A DNA stretch of 32,000 nt from Horticoccus luteus (GCF_019464535.1 NZ_CP080507.1:840001-872000), one strand, 5' to 3'. Positions 7,768 through 16,590 are shown, counted from the first letter of the stretch. Program-made: numbers and translations. The notes: generated from the sequence alone by a model not told the origin.

Positions 7768-10137
7768 ATGAAACACCTCCCTGTGCGCCGTCTTTTGCTG
7801 ACGGCCGTGTTCTTCCTGGCTGCGGCCCTTGTCGGAGCCGCCGCGCCCTACGGTCTCCCTGGCGGGCAGTCGGGCGTGACCTACAGCTTCGACGTGCCGA
7901 CGCACCTCTCGTCGACGCCGCCCGATGGCACCGTGTATGGTGCGACGGGACTGCCTTCGGGCGTGTCGATCAACGCGGCCACCGGAATCATCAGTGGCAC
8001 GCCGGCGGCCCAAGGAAGCTACAGCGGCAACATTTCGCTGCAGTATCCCACGACGCCGGTCACGACCGACAACCTCGCCTACACGTTGGTGATCGCGCCG
8101 CCCTCGGGCACGCCGGTCATCACGAGCACGCGCACTGCGAGCGGCACCGTGGGCACGCCGCTCACTTACACGCTCGCGGCGAATCCCGCGCCGACCAGCT
8201 ACAACGTCGGCACGCTCCCGCCCGGCCTCTCGTTTGATAACGTCGCAACCATCTCGGGCACCCCGACGGTCTGGGGTTCCTACACGGTCGCCGTGGCGGC
8301 GAACAACGATCTTGGCACGGGCGCGGAAACCACGCTCACGTTCTCGATCGCTCCCGCCGGCCCCGTGCCGGTTGTCACCGGCGGCACGCTCTCGCCGGAC
8401 GTTAACGCCGCCGTCAATTACCAGATCCAAGCCACGCAAACGCCGTCGAGCTTCGCGGCCGACGGGTTGCCGCCTGGACTCTCCGTAGATACAACGACCG
8501 GACTCATCACCGGCGCGCCCACCGTCGGCGGTCTCTACACCGTGAACCTGACCGCGACCAACAGCTACGGCACAAGCCTCCCCGCGACCCTCACCCTGCA
8601 AGTCGGCGTGTCCGCAATAAACTCGGCCGCCACGCTTGCCTTGACGGTTAACCAGGCGATGGCGCCGTTTGCCTTGAGCGCGACCCATTCGCCTCTGAGT
8701 TACAATGTCACCGGGGCTCTGCCGGCTGGCGTGGTCAATACCGCGGGCACGCTCAGCGGCACGCCCACCGGGACGGGCACCTTCGTGCTTTCGGTGAGCG
8801 CCAACAACGCCGTCGGCACAGGCCCCGCTTCGACGCTGACGATCACCGTCAACCCGCCGCCCCCCGTCATCACCACGCAGCCTGCCACGCAACTGATTGT
8901 CGCCGGTCAGCCCGCGACCTTCACCGTGGCAGCGACTGGCGCGGGCACGCTCACGTATCAGTGGAAGAAAAACGGTGCAGCGCTGAGCGGCGCTACCGCG
9001 GCCACCTACGCGATCACGAGCACGACGGCAGGTGACGCTGGCAGCTATACGGTCGACGTCAGCAACGCCTACGGCACGACTGGAAGCGCCGCCGCCGCGC
9101 TGACGATTGCGACCGCTCCGACCTTTACCACGCAGCCTGTGACCACCGCCGTGACCGAAGGCCAAAGCGTCACGCTGACCGCCGCCGCTTCCGGCACGCC
9201 GGCGCCGACCTATCAGTGGTACAAAGACAATGTCGCCATCGCCGGCGCCACGACGGCGAACTTCACGATTGCTGCCCCGACGACGGTGGATGCCGGCAGT
9301 TACACCGTCAGCGTGACCAACGCCGCCGGCACCGTGACCAGCTCAGCCGCCATTCTCTCGGTCAATCCGAGCAGCTATCTCTCCAACCTCTCCGTCCGCG
9401 CGACGATGACTCAGGGCCAGACGTTGATCGTCGGCTTCGTGATCGACGGCGGCGCGAAACCGGTGCTCGTCCGCGCAGCGGGTCCGGCCTTGAACGCCTT
9501 CGGTCTCACGGGCGTTGGCGATCCGCGGATCAACCTTTTCGATGCGGGCGCCAACCTCGTTGGCAGCAACGACGATTGGGACAGTTCGCTCGCTCCGCTC
9601 TTCCATGAACTCGGTGCCTTCGACTTCGTTGTGGGGAGCAAGGATGCCGCGCTGGAACAGTCCATCAACGGTCCGCACACCGCGCAGGCCAGCGGCACCG
9701 GCACCGGGACCATCCTCGTGGAAGGCTACGACGCCGGCGCCAACGATGGCCGCAAGCTCGTCAACCTGTCCGCTCGCTACCACGTCGGCACGGCGAACGA
9801 CATTCTCATCGCGGGCTTCGTGGTGGGTGGCACCGGCACCAAACAGGTGTTGATCCGCGCCGTCGGCCCGACCTTGGGCGGTTTCGGCGTCCCGGATACC
9901 CTGGCTGATCCGAAGCTCGTCATCTTCAACGGCGCCACCGTCGTCGCGACCAACGACAATTGGGACGCCAGCCTAGCGGCCACGTTCACCGAAGTGGGCG
10001 CGTTTCCGCTGCAGGAGAACAGCAAGGATTCCGCGATGGTCATCACGGTGCAGGCGGGCACGTCCTACACCGCGCAAGTTTCCGGCGCCGATGGCGGCAC
10101 CGGCGAGGCCATTGTCGAAATCTACGCGATCCCGTAA
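7768..10137 (+). CDS. Secreted repeat protein: signal peptide + 4 He_PIG repeats + 2 Ig-like domains + tandem-duplicated C-terminal module of unknown family
   Basis: ATG at 7768 lies 8 nt after the upstream stop; the stop is TAA at 10135-10137. The N-terminus MKHLPVRRLLLTAVFFLAAALVGAAAP looks like a signal peptide. He_PIG signatures: GIISGTPAAQGSY, ISGTPTVWGSYTV, ITGAPTVGGLYTV, LSGTPTGTGTFVL. Ig-like signatures: 'TYQWKKNGAALSGATAATYAI...AGSYTVDVSNAYG' and 'TYQWYKDNVAIAGATTANFTI...AGSYTVSVTNAAG'. A strong intrinsic terminator follows. Confidence 0.92.
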   Translation: MKHLPVRRLLLTAVFFLAAALVGAAAPYGLPGGQSGVTYSFDVPTHLSSTPPDGTVYGATGLPSGVSINAATGIISGTPAAQGSYSGNISLQYPTTPVTTDNLAYTLVIAPPSGTPVITSTRTASGTVGTPLTYTLAANPAPTSYNVGTLPPGLSFDNVATISGTPTVWGSYTVAVAANNDLGTGAETTLTFSIAPAGPVPVVTGGTLSPDVNAAVNYQIQATQTPSSFAADGLPPGLSVDTTTGLITGAPTVGGLYTVNLTATNSYGTSLPATLTLQVGVSAINSAATLALTVNQAMAPFALSATHSPLSYNVTGALPAGVVNTAGTLSGTPTGTGTFVLSVSANNAVGTGPASTLTITVNPPPPVITTQPATQLIVAGQPATFTVAATGAGTLTYQWKKNGAALSGATAATYAITSTTAGDAGSYTVDVSNAYGTTGSAAAALTIATAPTFTTQPVTTAVTEGQSVTLTAAASGTPAPTYQWYKDNVAIAGATTANFTIAAPTTVDAGSYTVSVTNAAGTVTSSAAILSVNPSSYLSNLSVRATMTQGQTLIVGFVIDGGAKPVLVRAAGPALNAFGLTGVGDPRINLFDAGANLVGSNDDWDSSLAPLFHELGAFDFVVGSKDAALEQSINGPHTAQASGTGTGTILVEGYDAGANDGRKLVNLSARYHVGTANDILIAGFVVGGTGTKQVLIRAVGPTLGGFGVPDTLADPKLVIFNGATVVATNDNWDASLAATFTEVGAFPLQENSKDSAMVITVQAGTSYTAQVSGADGGTGEAIVEIYAIP
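9370..10134 (+). repeat. Tandem duplication of an about 125-aa C-terminal module (copy 1 about 9370-9753, copy 2 about 9754-10134)
   Basis: My hand alignment of the two halves shares NLS-x-R, LI-x-GFV-x-x-G, K-x-VL-x-RA-x-GP-x-L-x-x-FG, DP, ND-x-WD-x-SLA-x-x-F-x-E-x-GAF, SKD-x-A and TAQ-x-SG...GTG...VE-x-Y. I estimate roughly 40% identity by eye. Confidence 0.7.
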
Positions 10138-10186
10138 CGCCTCGGTCAGGCTTCCTCGGCCGACTCCGGCTGACCACGTCTTGTCC

Positions 10187-10217
10187 AGCCCGCCTTCACC
10201 GGCGGGCTGTTTTTTTT
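10187..10217 (+). terminator. Rho-independent terminator of the two-gene surface-protein operon
   Basis: Perfect 8-bp GC-rich stem AGCCCGCC (10187-10194) / GGCGGGCT (10201-10208) with a 6-nt loop, followed by G + T8 (10210-10217), 50 nt after the stop codon. Confidence 0.85.
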
Positions 10218-10366
10218 CGGAGATAACCGCACGTGTTTACGCCGACTTCCCCTCCGGTTTCCGGCGGTCGGCGAAGCGGGCTCTTACGCGGCTGCATGCA
10301 TTTGGTGTGCGCGGACCGATTTCACTTCGCCCGCGCGCCAATTTTCGTTACCGGCTGGTGTTCCCC

Positions 10367-12361
10367 ATGCACCATCTTCGTTTCCGCCAAGTTCATCTCG
10401 ATTTCCACACCAGCGGCCTCATCCCCGGCATCGGCTCGGAGTTTGACAAGCGGCAGTTTCAGGAGGCCCTGAAAGTCGGCCACGTGAACTCGATCACGGT
10501 GTTCTCCAAATGCCACCACGGCTGGAGCTACCACCCGACGAAGGTGGGCCGGATGCACCCGCATCTGAAATTCGATCTACTCGCCCGGCAGATCGACGCG
10601 TGCCGCGAGATAGGCGTGCGCTGCCCGATTTATCTCAGCGCCGGGCTCGACGAACTCGCGGCGTTCGCCCACCCGACGTGGGTCGTGAAGCGCAAGGACG
10701 GCGTGAATTGGAAACCGCTCGAGGTGGACTGGTTTGGGCGGATCCTGCGGTTCAATTCGCCGTATCTCGATTATCTCTGCGCGCAGATTCGGGAAGTGGT
10801 GGAGCGCTGGCCGGACAACGACGGCATCTTCCTCGATATCATCGGCACGCAACGCGACTACAGCGACGACGCGTTGCAGGAAATGAAGCGCGCCGGCTAC
10901 AATCCCGAGCTCGACGCAGACGTGCAGCGCTACGCGGAGGATGTGCTTTATCGTTACTTTCGCGCGGCCAACGCCGCGGTGAAGTCGGTGCGCAAGGATA
11001 CTCCCGTCTTCCACAACTCCGGCCATATCTCGCTCGGTGCGCGCAAGGCGCTTGCGTTCAATTCGCATCTTGAACTCGAGTCGCTGCCGACCGGCGGCTG
11101 GGGCTACGATCACTTCCCGATGTCCGCGCGCTACGCGATTACGCAAAAATGGGATTTTTTGGGCATGACGGGGAAGTTTCACAACACGTGGGGCGAGTTT
11201 GGCGGCTTCAAGCGCCCGGCGGCGTTACGTTACGAGTGCAGCGCCATGCTTGCTTACGGCGCGAAGTGCAGCATCGGCGACCAGTTGCACCCGAACGGCG
11301 AGATGAACCGGGACACGTATGAACTCATCGGCGCCGCCTACGCCGAAGTGGAACGCAAGGAGCCGTGGTGCGACTATGTGAAGCCCGTCGCGCGGATTGC
11401 GCTCGTGAGTTGCGAGGTCAACCAAGAGCGCTGGCGCGGCGGCCACGCGCAGTCGGCGCTCGCGGACGAGGGCGTGAGCCGGATGCTGCTCGAGCTGCAC
11501 CAACCGTTTCTCATGCTCGACGAACACGCGAGCTGGGCGGGCTTCGACGTCGTCGTGCTGCCCGACAAGTTTGTCATGACGCCCGCGAAGGCGGCGAAGA
11601 CGAAGGCGTTTCTCGCCCGCGGTGGCCGCATCCTCGCCGCGGGGACGGCGCTGCTCGACGAAGCGCACGCGAGTTTCGCGGTGGATCCTGGAGCGAAGCT
11701 GCTCGGCCGCTCCGCCAACGATCCTGACTATCTTCTGGCGACGACGTTGACGCCCGAGGTGCCGGTGAAGTCCGCCATCGTGATCGCGGGCGGAGCCTAC
11801 GTCATCAAGCCCACCACGGCCCGCGTGCTGGCGGAGCGGCGCGAGTCGTATTTCAACCGGACGTGGGAGCATTATTGTTCGCACCAACACGCACCCGACG
11901 CGCCCGGCGCGGTCAGTCCTGCGGCAGTGCTGGGGAAACAGATCGCGTATTTCGCGCACGATATTTTCACGCAGTATCGCGCCAGCGGTCAGCCGCTGTA
12001 TCGCGATTTTGTGAACGCGGCGCTGCATCGCCTCCTGGATGACAAGCTGCCCGTCGCGACCAATCTGCCGACGACCGCGCGCGTCAACGTCCTCGAGCAG
12101 CCGAAAGAGCGACGCTACGTGGCGCACGTGCTCTACGCGCCGACGGCGGTGCGCGGAACCTTCGCGGGAAAGAATGTAGAGATCATCGAGGACCTCATCC
12201 CGCTGCGGAATACGGAGGTGGCGTTGCAGTTGCCGCGCAAAGTGAAGAGCGCGCGTCTCGTGCCCGAGGGAAGCGAGCTGGCCTTCACGCAGGCGGAGGG
12301 CGTGGTGGCGTTCACGATCCCGGAATTCACGAGTCACCAGATGGTCGAGCTCGCTTACTGA
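10367..12361 (+). CDS. Putative glycoside hydrolase, GHL6-like TIM-barrel with beta-galactosidase-trimerisation-like middle domain
   Basis: ATG at 10367 (MHHLRFRQVHLDFHTSGLIPGIG...) lies downstream of the terminator. The ORF-track start at 10091 overlaps the previous gene and spans the terminator, so I rejected it. The N-terminus 'RFRQVHLDFHTS...FDKRQFQEALKVGHVNSITVFSKCHHGWSYHPTKVG' matches my recollection of the 'hypothetical glycosyl hydrolase 6' (PF14871) family. The family assignment is from memory and is not verified. Confidence 0.6.
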   Translation: MHHLRFRQVHLDFHTSGLIPGIGSEFDKRQFQEALKVGHVNSITVFSKCHHGWSYHPTKVGRMHPHLKFDLLARQIDACREIGVRCPIYLSAGLDELAAFAHPTWVVKRKDGVNWKPLEVDWFGRILRFNSPYLDYLCAQIREVVERWPDNDGIFLDIIGTQRDYSDDALQEMKRAGYNPELDADVQRYAEDVLYRYFRAANAAVKSVRKDTPVFHNSGHISLGARKALAFNSHLELESLPTGGWGYDHFPMSARYAITQKWDFLGMTGKFHNTWGEFGGFKRPAALRYECSAMLAYGAKCSIGDQLHPNGEMNRDTYELIGAAYAEVERKEPWCDYVKPVARIALVSCEVNQERWRGGHAQSALADEGVSRMLLELHQPFLMLDEHASWAGFDVVVLPDKFVMTPAKAAKTKAFLARGGRILAAGTALLDEAHASFAVDPGAKLLGRSANDPDYLLATTLTPEVPVKSAIVIAGGAYVIKPTTARVLAERRESYFNRTWEHYCSHQHAPDAPGAVSPAAVLGKQIAYFAHDIFTQYRASGQPLYRDFVNAALHRLLDDKLPVATNLPTTARVNVLEQPKERRYVAHVLYAPTAVRGTFAGKNVEIIEDLIPLRNTEVALQLPRKVKSARLVPEGSELAFTQAEGVVAFTIPEFTSHQMVELAY

Positions 12362-12366
12362 ACAGC

Positions 12367-12402
12367 GCGCCATCGGCCGACCCCGGCGTAGGCCGATGGC
12401 GC
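12367..12402. terminator. Bidirectional hairpin between convergent genes
   Basis: Perfect 12-bp inverted repeat GCGCCATCGGCC (12367-12378) / GGCCGATGGCGC (12391-12402) with a 12-nt loop. It sits 6 nt after the plus-strand stop and about 80 nt after the minus-strand stop. There is no U-tract, so the mechanism is uncertain. Confidence 0.55.
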
Positions 12403-12482
12403 TTGCGCCTTGCCGATCTTGGCTCCGGGTCGCGGGATGGCGATTGACGCAAGAAAGGGCGGCTGATGCCGGAAAACGACGG

Positions 12483-14633
12483 CTAGTCCGCTTCGTCGAC
12501 CGCTAGTTTCCTTTCACTATACACGGTGCGCAGCACGATCTTGCCGCTATCGGCCAATGGCCGAAGACCTTCGTTTCTACCCATGGCGGTGTCCACAAAC
12601 AGTTCGTCCCACAAATGGAGCAACTCTTCCCACTCGGCCCGACTTCGCAGGTGAACGCCCGCCAGGAGCTTGGCCGCTTCGGGGTGAACGATTTCTCGGG
12701 CGCTGGAATTTGTCGCGTCGATGGTTTTACCCTGCGCTTGGGTCGCTTCCTGAAAGGCGGCAATATTGAGCACTGTCGCCAGAAGGATTTTTGCGAAAGG
12801 ATCGTCCGGTTGCAATTGCACCGCTTTGGCAAACGCTTCGCGCGCTCCAGCGAAGTCGGCGTCGCCTAAACTCACTTTGCCGATGGCGCGCCAAGCTTGC
12901 GCTTGGTGGGGGTCGAGCGCGACTTCTGCACGCCAGTCCGCGAGCGCGCCGGCGCGATCCTGCAGGAGATAGCGAATGTTGCCGCGCGCGCCGAGCGCCA
13001 CCGCGGCGAGATCGGGCGAGGCGTATTTCACCGTGGCTTCGGCTTCGACCAAAGCGTCGGGAAGGAAAACCATTGTACGCAAAATACTGGCGAGGTTGAA
13101 GTGCGCCACACCATGGCCGGCCTCAAGTGCGATGGCGGCCCGAAATGCCGGAATGGCACGGCGGTAGTCGCCGGCGTCGCTATAGATGGAGCCGACGTTG
13201 CTCTGGGCGTCGGCGTACTTCGGGTCGAGTTTCAGGGCCTGTTCGTAGGATTGCAGCGCATTATAGAGATCGCCTCGACGGCGATACTCATTGCCCAACT
13301 CCTTCCACTCACGGGCGGTCGCCGCAGGGCGATCGAGCGTTGCACCTCGGGTCGCTTCAATCAAATCGTCGGCGCCTTCCTCCAGCTGGAAGGACGCGAC
13401 CGGAGCCATCGGGTCGGCGGGGTGATGCAGCAGCGCCATCGACGCATAGGAGTTGGCCTGTTTTTGCGCCGCGCGCCGCAGACGAGCGCGGCCGCCGTCA
13501 GCTCGGATTTGGTCGGCTTTATATTGATAGAGTTCGCGCAGGGCATCCATCGCCTCAAAATTGTCCGCGCCCGTCGCAACGGCGGCTCTCTCGTCTTCCG
13601 TCCAGCTTAAACCGGGTGGATGAAGGCCCTCTTTCCTGATCGCCGGCGCGTTTTCGAGTTTGTACAGACTTTGCGCCCGCAACGCCAGCGCCACGGGGGT
13701 GCGTTTCAATGTCACACTGCGGGTGAAGTCGCGTTGCGCGGCATTCCAAAAGTACGCATCGGAGGCGGTAAAATTTTGGACTGAGTCGGGTTGGGGGAGC
13801 GAGGAGCCGGGTGCCTCGATGGCTTTGCTCTTGGGTTTGGTGAAGAGATCGCCGAAGCGGAGGTAGTAGCGACCCCGCTCCAGCCAGGCGTCGGCGTCGT
13901 CGGGGTTTTGCGCGATGGCGGCATTGCGGCGCGCGCCGTCTGGCGAAAAGAATTTTACGACCGCGAACTTTGGGTCGAGTTTGAGGACTTCGGCCCAGGT
14001 TGTCTGCGTATTCTCCAAGTCACCCTTTTGATAGTAGGCGAGGCTGAGAGCGACATAGGCGTCGCGCAAAATTGCACTTTCTTTGGGAGCGCGCGCTTTT
14101 GCATCGAGTGCGTCCGCCAGCGCCGCGTCAGGCCGGTTGAAATAAAGGTGCACAAGCGCGCCGACCAGGCATTGGCGAGCGTGACGCGACTCCCAGCCTT
14201 TGCCGCGCCGCGCCTCTTTCATGGAGCGATTCGCGCCGTCCCAATCTCCCGCCCGGAGTTGGTCCCGGGCTTGGTTTGTCCGGATCATCGCCTCTCCGTT
14301 GATGAGAGTTTTATATTTCCCATCGTAAATCTTAAAGCGCATGGCGTCGGCCAAATACCAATCCCAGGCAGCATCTTTCCACTGCTTAAGCTTCTCATAA
14401 ACGAGCGCCCGCTTCTGGTAGGCCAAAGCCAATTGGTAGTAAGTATATTGTGCCTTGTCTCCGACGTCGGTTTCCTTGACCTGCCTTTGCAAGGCGTCAA
14501 TGGATGCCGTCTGTTCTTGAAGTTGCGTTTGCAGTTGCTGAGACGTCGGAGCGTCGGCGGCACGCACCATCGGCGCGCCGAGAAGCAGAGCAGTGACGAG
14601 AACAAAAGATTTCATGGCGGCGAGCGTGACCAT
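12483..14633 (-). CDS. Secreted TPR-repeat protein
   Basis: Stop is TAG (reverse complement of 12483-12485). The start is probably ATG at 14633 (MVTLAAMKSFVLVTALLLGAPMVRA|ADAP) or ATG at 14615 (MKSF...); both give a Sec signal peptide. The GTG at 14741 would add 36-42 aa ahead of the signal peptide. Multiple TPR-like units are present, e.g. 'WKELGNEYRRRGDLYNALQSYEQALKLDPKYADAQSNVGSIYSDAGDYRRAIPAFRAAIALEAGHGVAHFNLASI'. Confidence 0.85.
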   Translation of the reverse strand: MVTLAAMKSFVLVTALLLGAPMVRAADAPTSQQLQTQLQEQTASIDALQRQVKETDVGDKAQYTYYQLALAYQKRALVYEKLKQWKDAAWDWYLADAMRFKIYDGKYKTLINGEAMIRTNQARDQLRAGDWDGANRSMKEARRGKGWESRHARQCLVGALVHLYFNRPDAALADALDAKARAPKESAILRDAYVALSLAYYQKGDLENTQTTWAEVLKLDPKFAVVKFFSPDGARRNAAIAQNPDDADAWLERGRYYLRFGDLFTKPKSKAIEAPGSSLPQPDSVQNFTASDAYFWNAAQRDFTRSVTLKRTPVALALRAQSLYKLENAPAIRKEGLHPPGLSWTEDERAAVATGADNFEAMDALRELYQYKADQIRADGGRARLRRAAQKQANSYASMALLHHPADPMAPVASFQLEEGADDLIEATRGATLDRPAATAREWKELGNEYRRRGDLYNALQSYEQALKLDPKYADAQSNVGSIYSDAGDYRRAIPAFRAAIALEAGHGVAHFNLASILRTMVFLPDALVEAEATVKYASPDLAAVALGARGNIRYLLQDRAGALADWRAEVALDPHQAQAWRAIGKVSLGDADFAGAREAFAKAVQLQPDDPFAKILLATVLNIAAFQEATQAQGKTIDATNSSAREIVHPEAAKLLAGVHLRSRAEWEELLHLWDELFVDTAMGRNEGLRPLADSGKIVLRTVYSERKLAVDEAD

Positions 14634-14955
14634 TGCGAACCGGCTGTTCGCGCGGGAAAATTCCGTCGCCGACGCCGCTAGGCGCGCCAAGGAAGCTGAA
14701 GCAGACGTGAGAAAGACCGGACCGAGTCGGATTTTAACCATTTAAACGGACGGTGTAGGTTGGGCGCAGGGCGTTGGCGAGACGTACCGGGCAATTGAAT
14801 GAGTGGAATCTCTGGAGTCGCACGGAGGGTGCGAAGGCTGCGTGTCCCTTTTGTTGTTCGAGGCCGGAGCAAATCCGCCTGGGGGCCCGCAATTCAGTCG
14901 AGGCAGGCCGAAACACGTTTGTGCTGCCGACGATTTGGTCTCAGCGTGGCCGCGC

Positions 14956-15618
14956 ATGATTCGTCGTTTATCCCTCACCCTGGCTGGTGCGCTGGCCGTT
15001 TTCTTGGCCGGCTGTGCGACGCCGACGACGGAGCCGCTCAACCTGACGACGGCGAAAAAGGCCGTGGTGGGATATGTGGAGTCGGGTCAGTATGAGCGCC
15101 AAGTGCAAGCGGTGGCCACGGAGGCCGTGCGGACGGTGGAGGCACGGGTGGCGCGACGCAGGGCGGGGGAAAAACTCGCGGTGGTGTTCGATATCGATGA
15201 GACGATCATCTCGAATTTGCCGCACATGCGCGCGATGGATTTCGGTTATGTGCCGAAATTGTGGGACGCGTGGGTCGATCGCGGGGAAGGTCCGGCGATT
15301 GCGCCCGTGGTCGAGGTGTATCGCACGGCGCGGCGTCTGGGCGTGGAGGTTTTCTTCCTCACAGGTCGCCATGAGTCGGACCGTCCGGGCACGTTGAAGA
15401 ACCTGGCGGCGATCGGCTGCGGTGACTTTCGAGAACTGATCTTGAAGCCGCCCGGGACGAGCCAGACGACCGGTGAGTTCAAGACGGCCACACGACGGCG
15501 GATCATGGAGAGCGGCTACGCGATTATCGCGAATATCGGCGATCAGGTGAGTGACCTCGAGGGTGGGTTTGCGGAGCGGACATTCAAGCTGCCAGGGCCG
15601 TTTTATATTGTGCAATGA
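14956..15618 (+). CDS. Lipoprotein class-B (HAD subfamily IIIB) acid phosphatase
   Basis: ATG at 14956 gives MIRRLSLTLAGALAVFLAGC with an L-A-G-C lipobox. HAD motif I is 'VVFDIDETI' (DxDxT), motif II is 'FFLTGR', and motif III/IV is 'K...IANIGDQVSD'. This is the PF03767-like plant/bacterial acid phosphatase pattern. The upstream extension to 14803 has no support. Confidence 0.85.
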   Translation: MIRRLSLTLAGALAVFLAGCATPTTEPLNLTTAKKAVVGYVESGQYERQVQAVATEAVRTVEARVARRRAGEKLAVVFDIDETIISNLPHMRAMDFGYVPKLWDAWVDRGEGPAIAPVVEVYRTARRLGVEVFFLTGRHESDRPGTLKNLAAIGCGDFRELILKPPGTSQTTGEFKTATRRRIMESGYAIIANIGDQVSDLEGGFAERTFKLPGPFYIVQ

Positions 15619-16550
15619 ACGACATCATTGGCGTTGATATTGGCGGGACGAAATGCGCGCTCAGCGTGCCGGTGGGCGACGGGCGCGTGGAAGAAGTGGC
15701 CCGATTCGCGACGACGGACGTGCGCGCCACGCTGGAGCGGATTTACGCGGAGATCGCGAAGCTCGCGCCAACGCGGGATGCTGTATTCGGCGTCTCGTGC
15801 GGTGGACCGCTGGATGCGAAACGCGGGTTGATTCTCTCGCCGCCAAACTTGCCGGGATGGGATCGCATCGCGATTTGCATGGAGTTGACGCAGCGATTCG
15901 GCGGGCGTGCGTTTCTGATGAACGACGCGAATGCGTGCGCGCTGGCGGAGTGGCAGTTTGGCGCGGGGCGCGGCTGCCAGAGCATGATGTTTCTCACCAT
16001 GGGTACGGGGATGGGCGCGGGCCTGATTCTCGACGGCCGACTGTATGAAGGCGTCACAGGCAACGCCGGCGAAGTCGGACACCTCCGCATGGCGCCCGAC
16101 GGGCCGGTCGGTTACGGGAAGACGGGATCGTTCGAGGGATTTTGTTCGGGTGGTGGGATCGCGCAACTCGCGCGCGAACGGGTGCGGACATGGGCAGGGC
16201 AGAGCCAGTTGCAAACGCTCCCACGGGAAGAAATCACGGCGCGCGCGGTGGGCTTGGCGGCGGAAGCGGGCGATGCTCTGGCGCTGGCGATCTGGCGCGA
16301 CGTCGGAACGCGGCTCGGCGAGGCGCTGGCGTGGTTCATCGACCTGCTGAACCCGGAGCGAATCGTGATTGGGAGCATCTATGCGCGGTGCGAAAAGTTC
16401 CTGGTGCCCGCGATGAACGAAGTGATCGTAAGAGAAGCGTTGCCGGACAGTGCGCGCGATTGCCGAGTTGTGCCCGCCGAGCTCGGCGACGAAATCGGCA
16501 GCTACGCAGCCGTAGCGATCGCGCGGTATCATGGCGCGAGGACGAGCTGA
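15615..16550 (+). CDS. ROK-family sugar kinase (atypical: zinc-motif cysteines absent)
   Basis: ATG at 15615 overlaps the upstream stop (ATGA at 15615-15618). The N-terminal ATP motif is 'IIGVDIGGTKCAL', followed by 'NDANACALAEWQFGAGRG' and the ROK signature 'GTGMGAGLILDGRLYEGVTGNAGEVGHL'. Stop is TGA at 16548-16550. Confidence 0.88.
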   Translation: MNDIIGVDIGGTKCALSVPVGDGRVEEVARFATTDVRATLERIYAEIAKLAPTRDAVFGVSCGGPLDAKRGLILSPPNLPGWDRIAICMELTQRFGGRAFLMNDANACALAEWQFGAGRGCQSMMFLTMGTGMGAGLILDGRLYEGVTGNAGEVGHLRMAPDGPVGYGKTGSFEGFCSGGGIAQLARERVRTWAGQSQLQTLPREEITARAVGLAAEAGDALALAIWRDVGTRLGEALAWFIDLLNPERIVIGSIYARCEKFLVPAMNEVIVREALPDSARDCRVVPAELGDEIGSYAAVAIARYHGARTS

Positions 16551-16590
16551 CACTTCGGTGCGATGCATTCCCACTACAAACAACAAAGCC

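Noticed and set aside
4853-8856. Periodic DNA (recurring ggcacgccgac-type segments) that might be mistaken for a CRISPR or satellite array
   Set aside because: The periodicity is about 260-290 bp, lies in-frame inside long ORFs, and the copies are divergent. It reflects He_PIG protein-domain repeats. There are no short identical repeats with unique spacers.
1910-9165. Very long antisense and alternate-frame ORFs inside the giant genes (1910..3943 -, 677 aa; 4280..7690 -, 1136 aa; 7573..9165 -, 530 aa; 4699..6042 +, 447 aa; and many shorter ones)
   Set aside because: Their translations are low-complexity Arg/Gly/Asp/His-rich strings with no motifs. They fully overlap ORFs that have clear domain repeats. 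Such stop-free shadow frames are expected at this GC content.
10091-10366. Upstream extension of the hydrolase ORF to ATG 10091
   Set aside because: It would overlap the last 47 nt of the preceding gene and read straight through a strong intrinsic terminator (10187-10217). The added 92 aa are Arg/Pro/Ser-rich with no signal peptide. ATG 10367 gives the family-typical N-terminus.
14634-14955. N-terminal extensions of the TPR gene (to 14741) and the phosphatase gene (to 14803), which would overlap each other
   Set aside because: Both proteins have clean signal or lipoprotein peptides beginning at internal ATGs (14633/14615 and 14956). The extensions would bury those signals.
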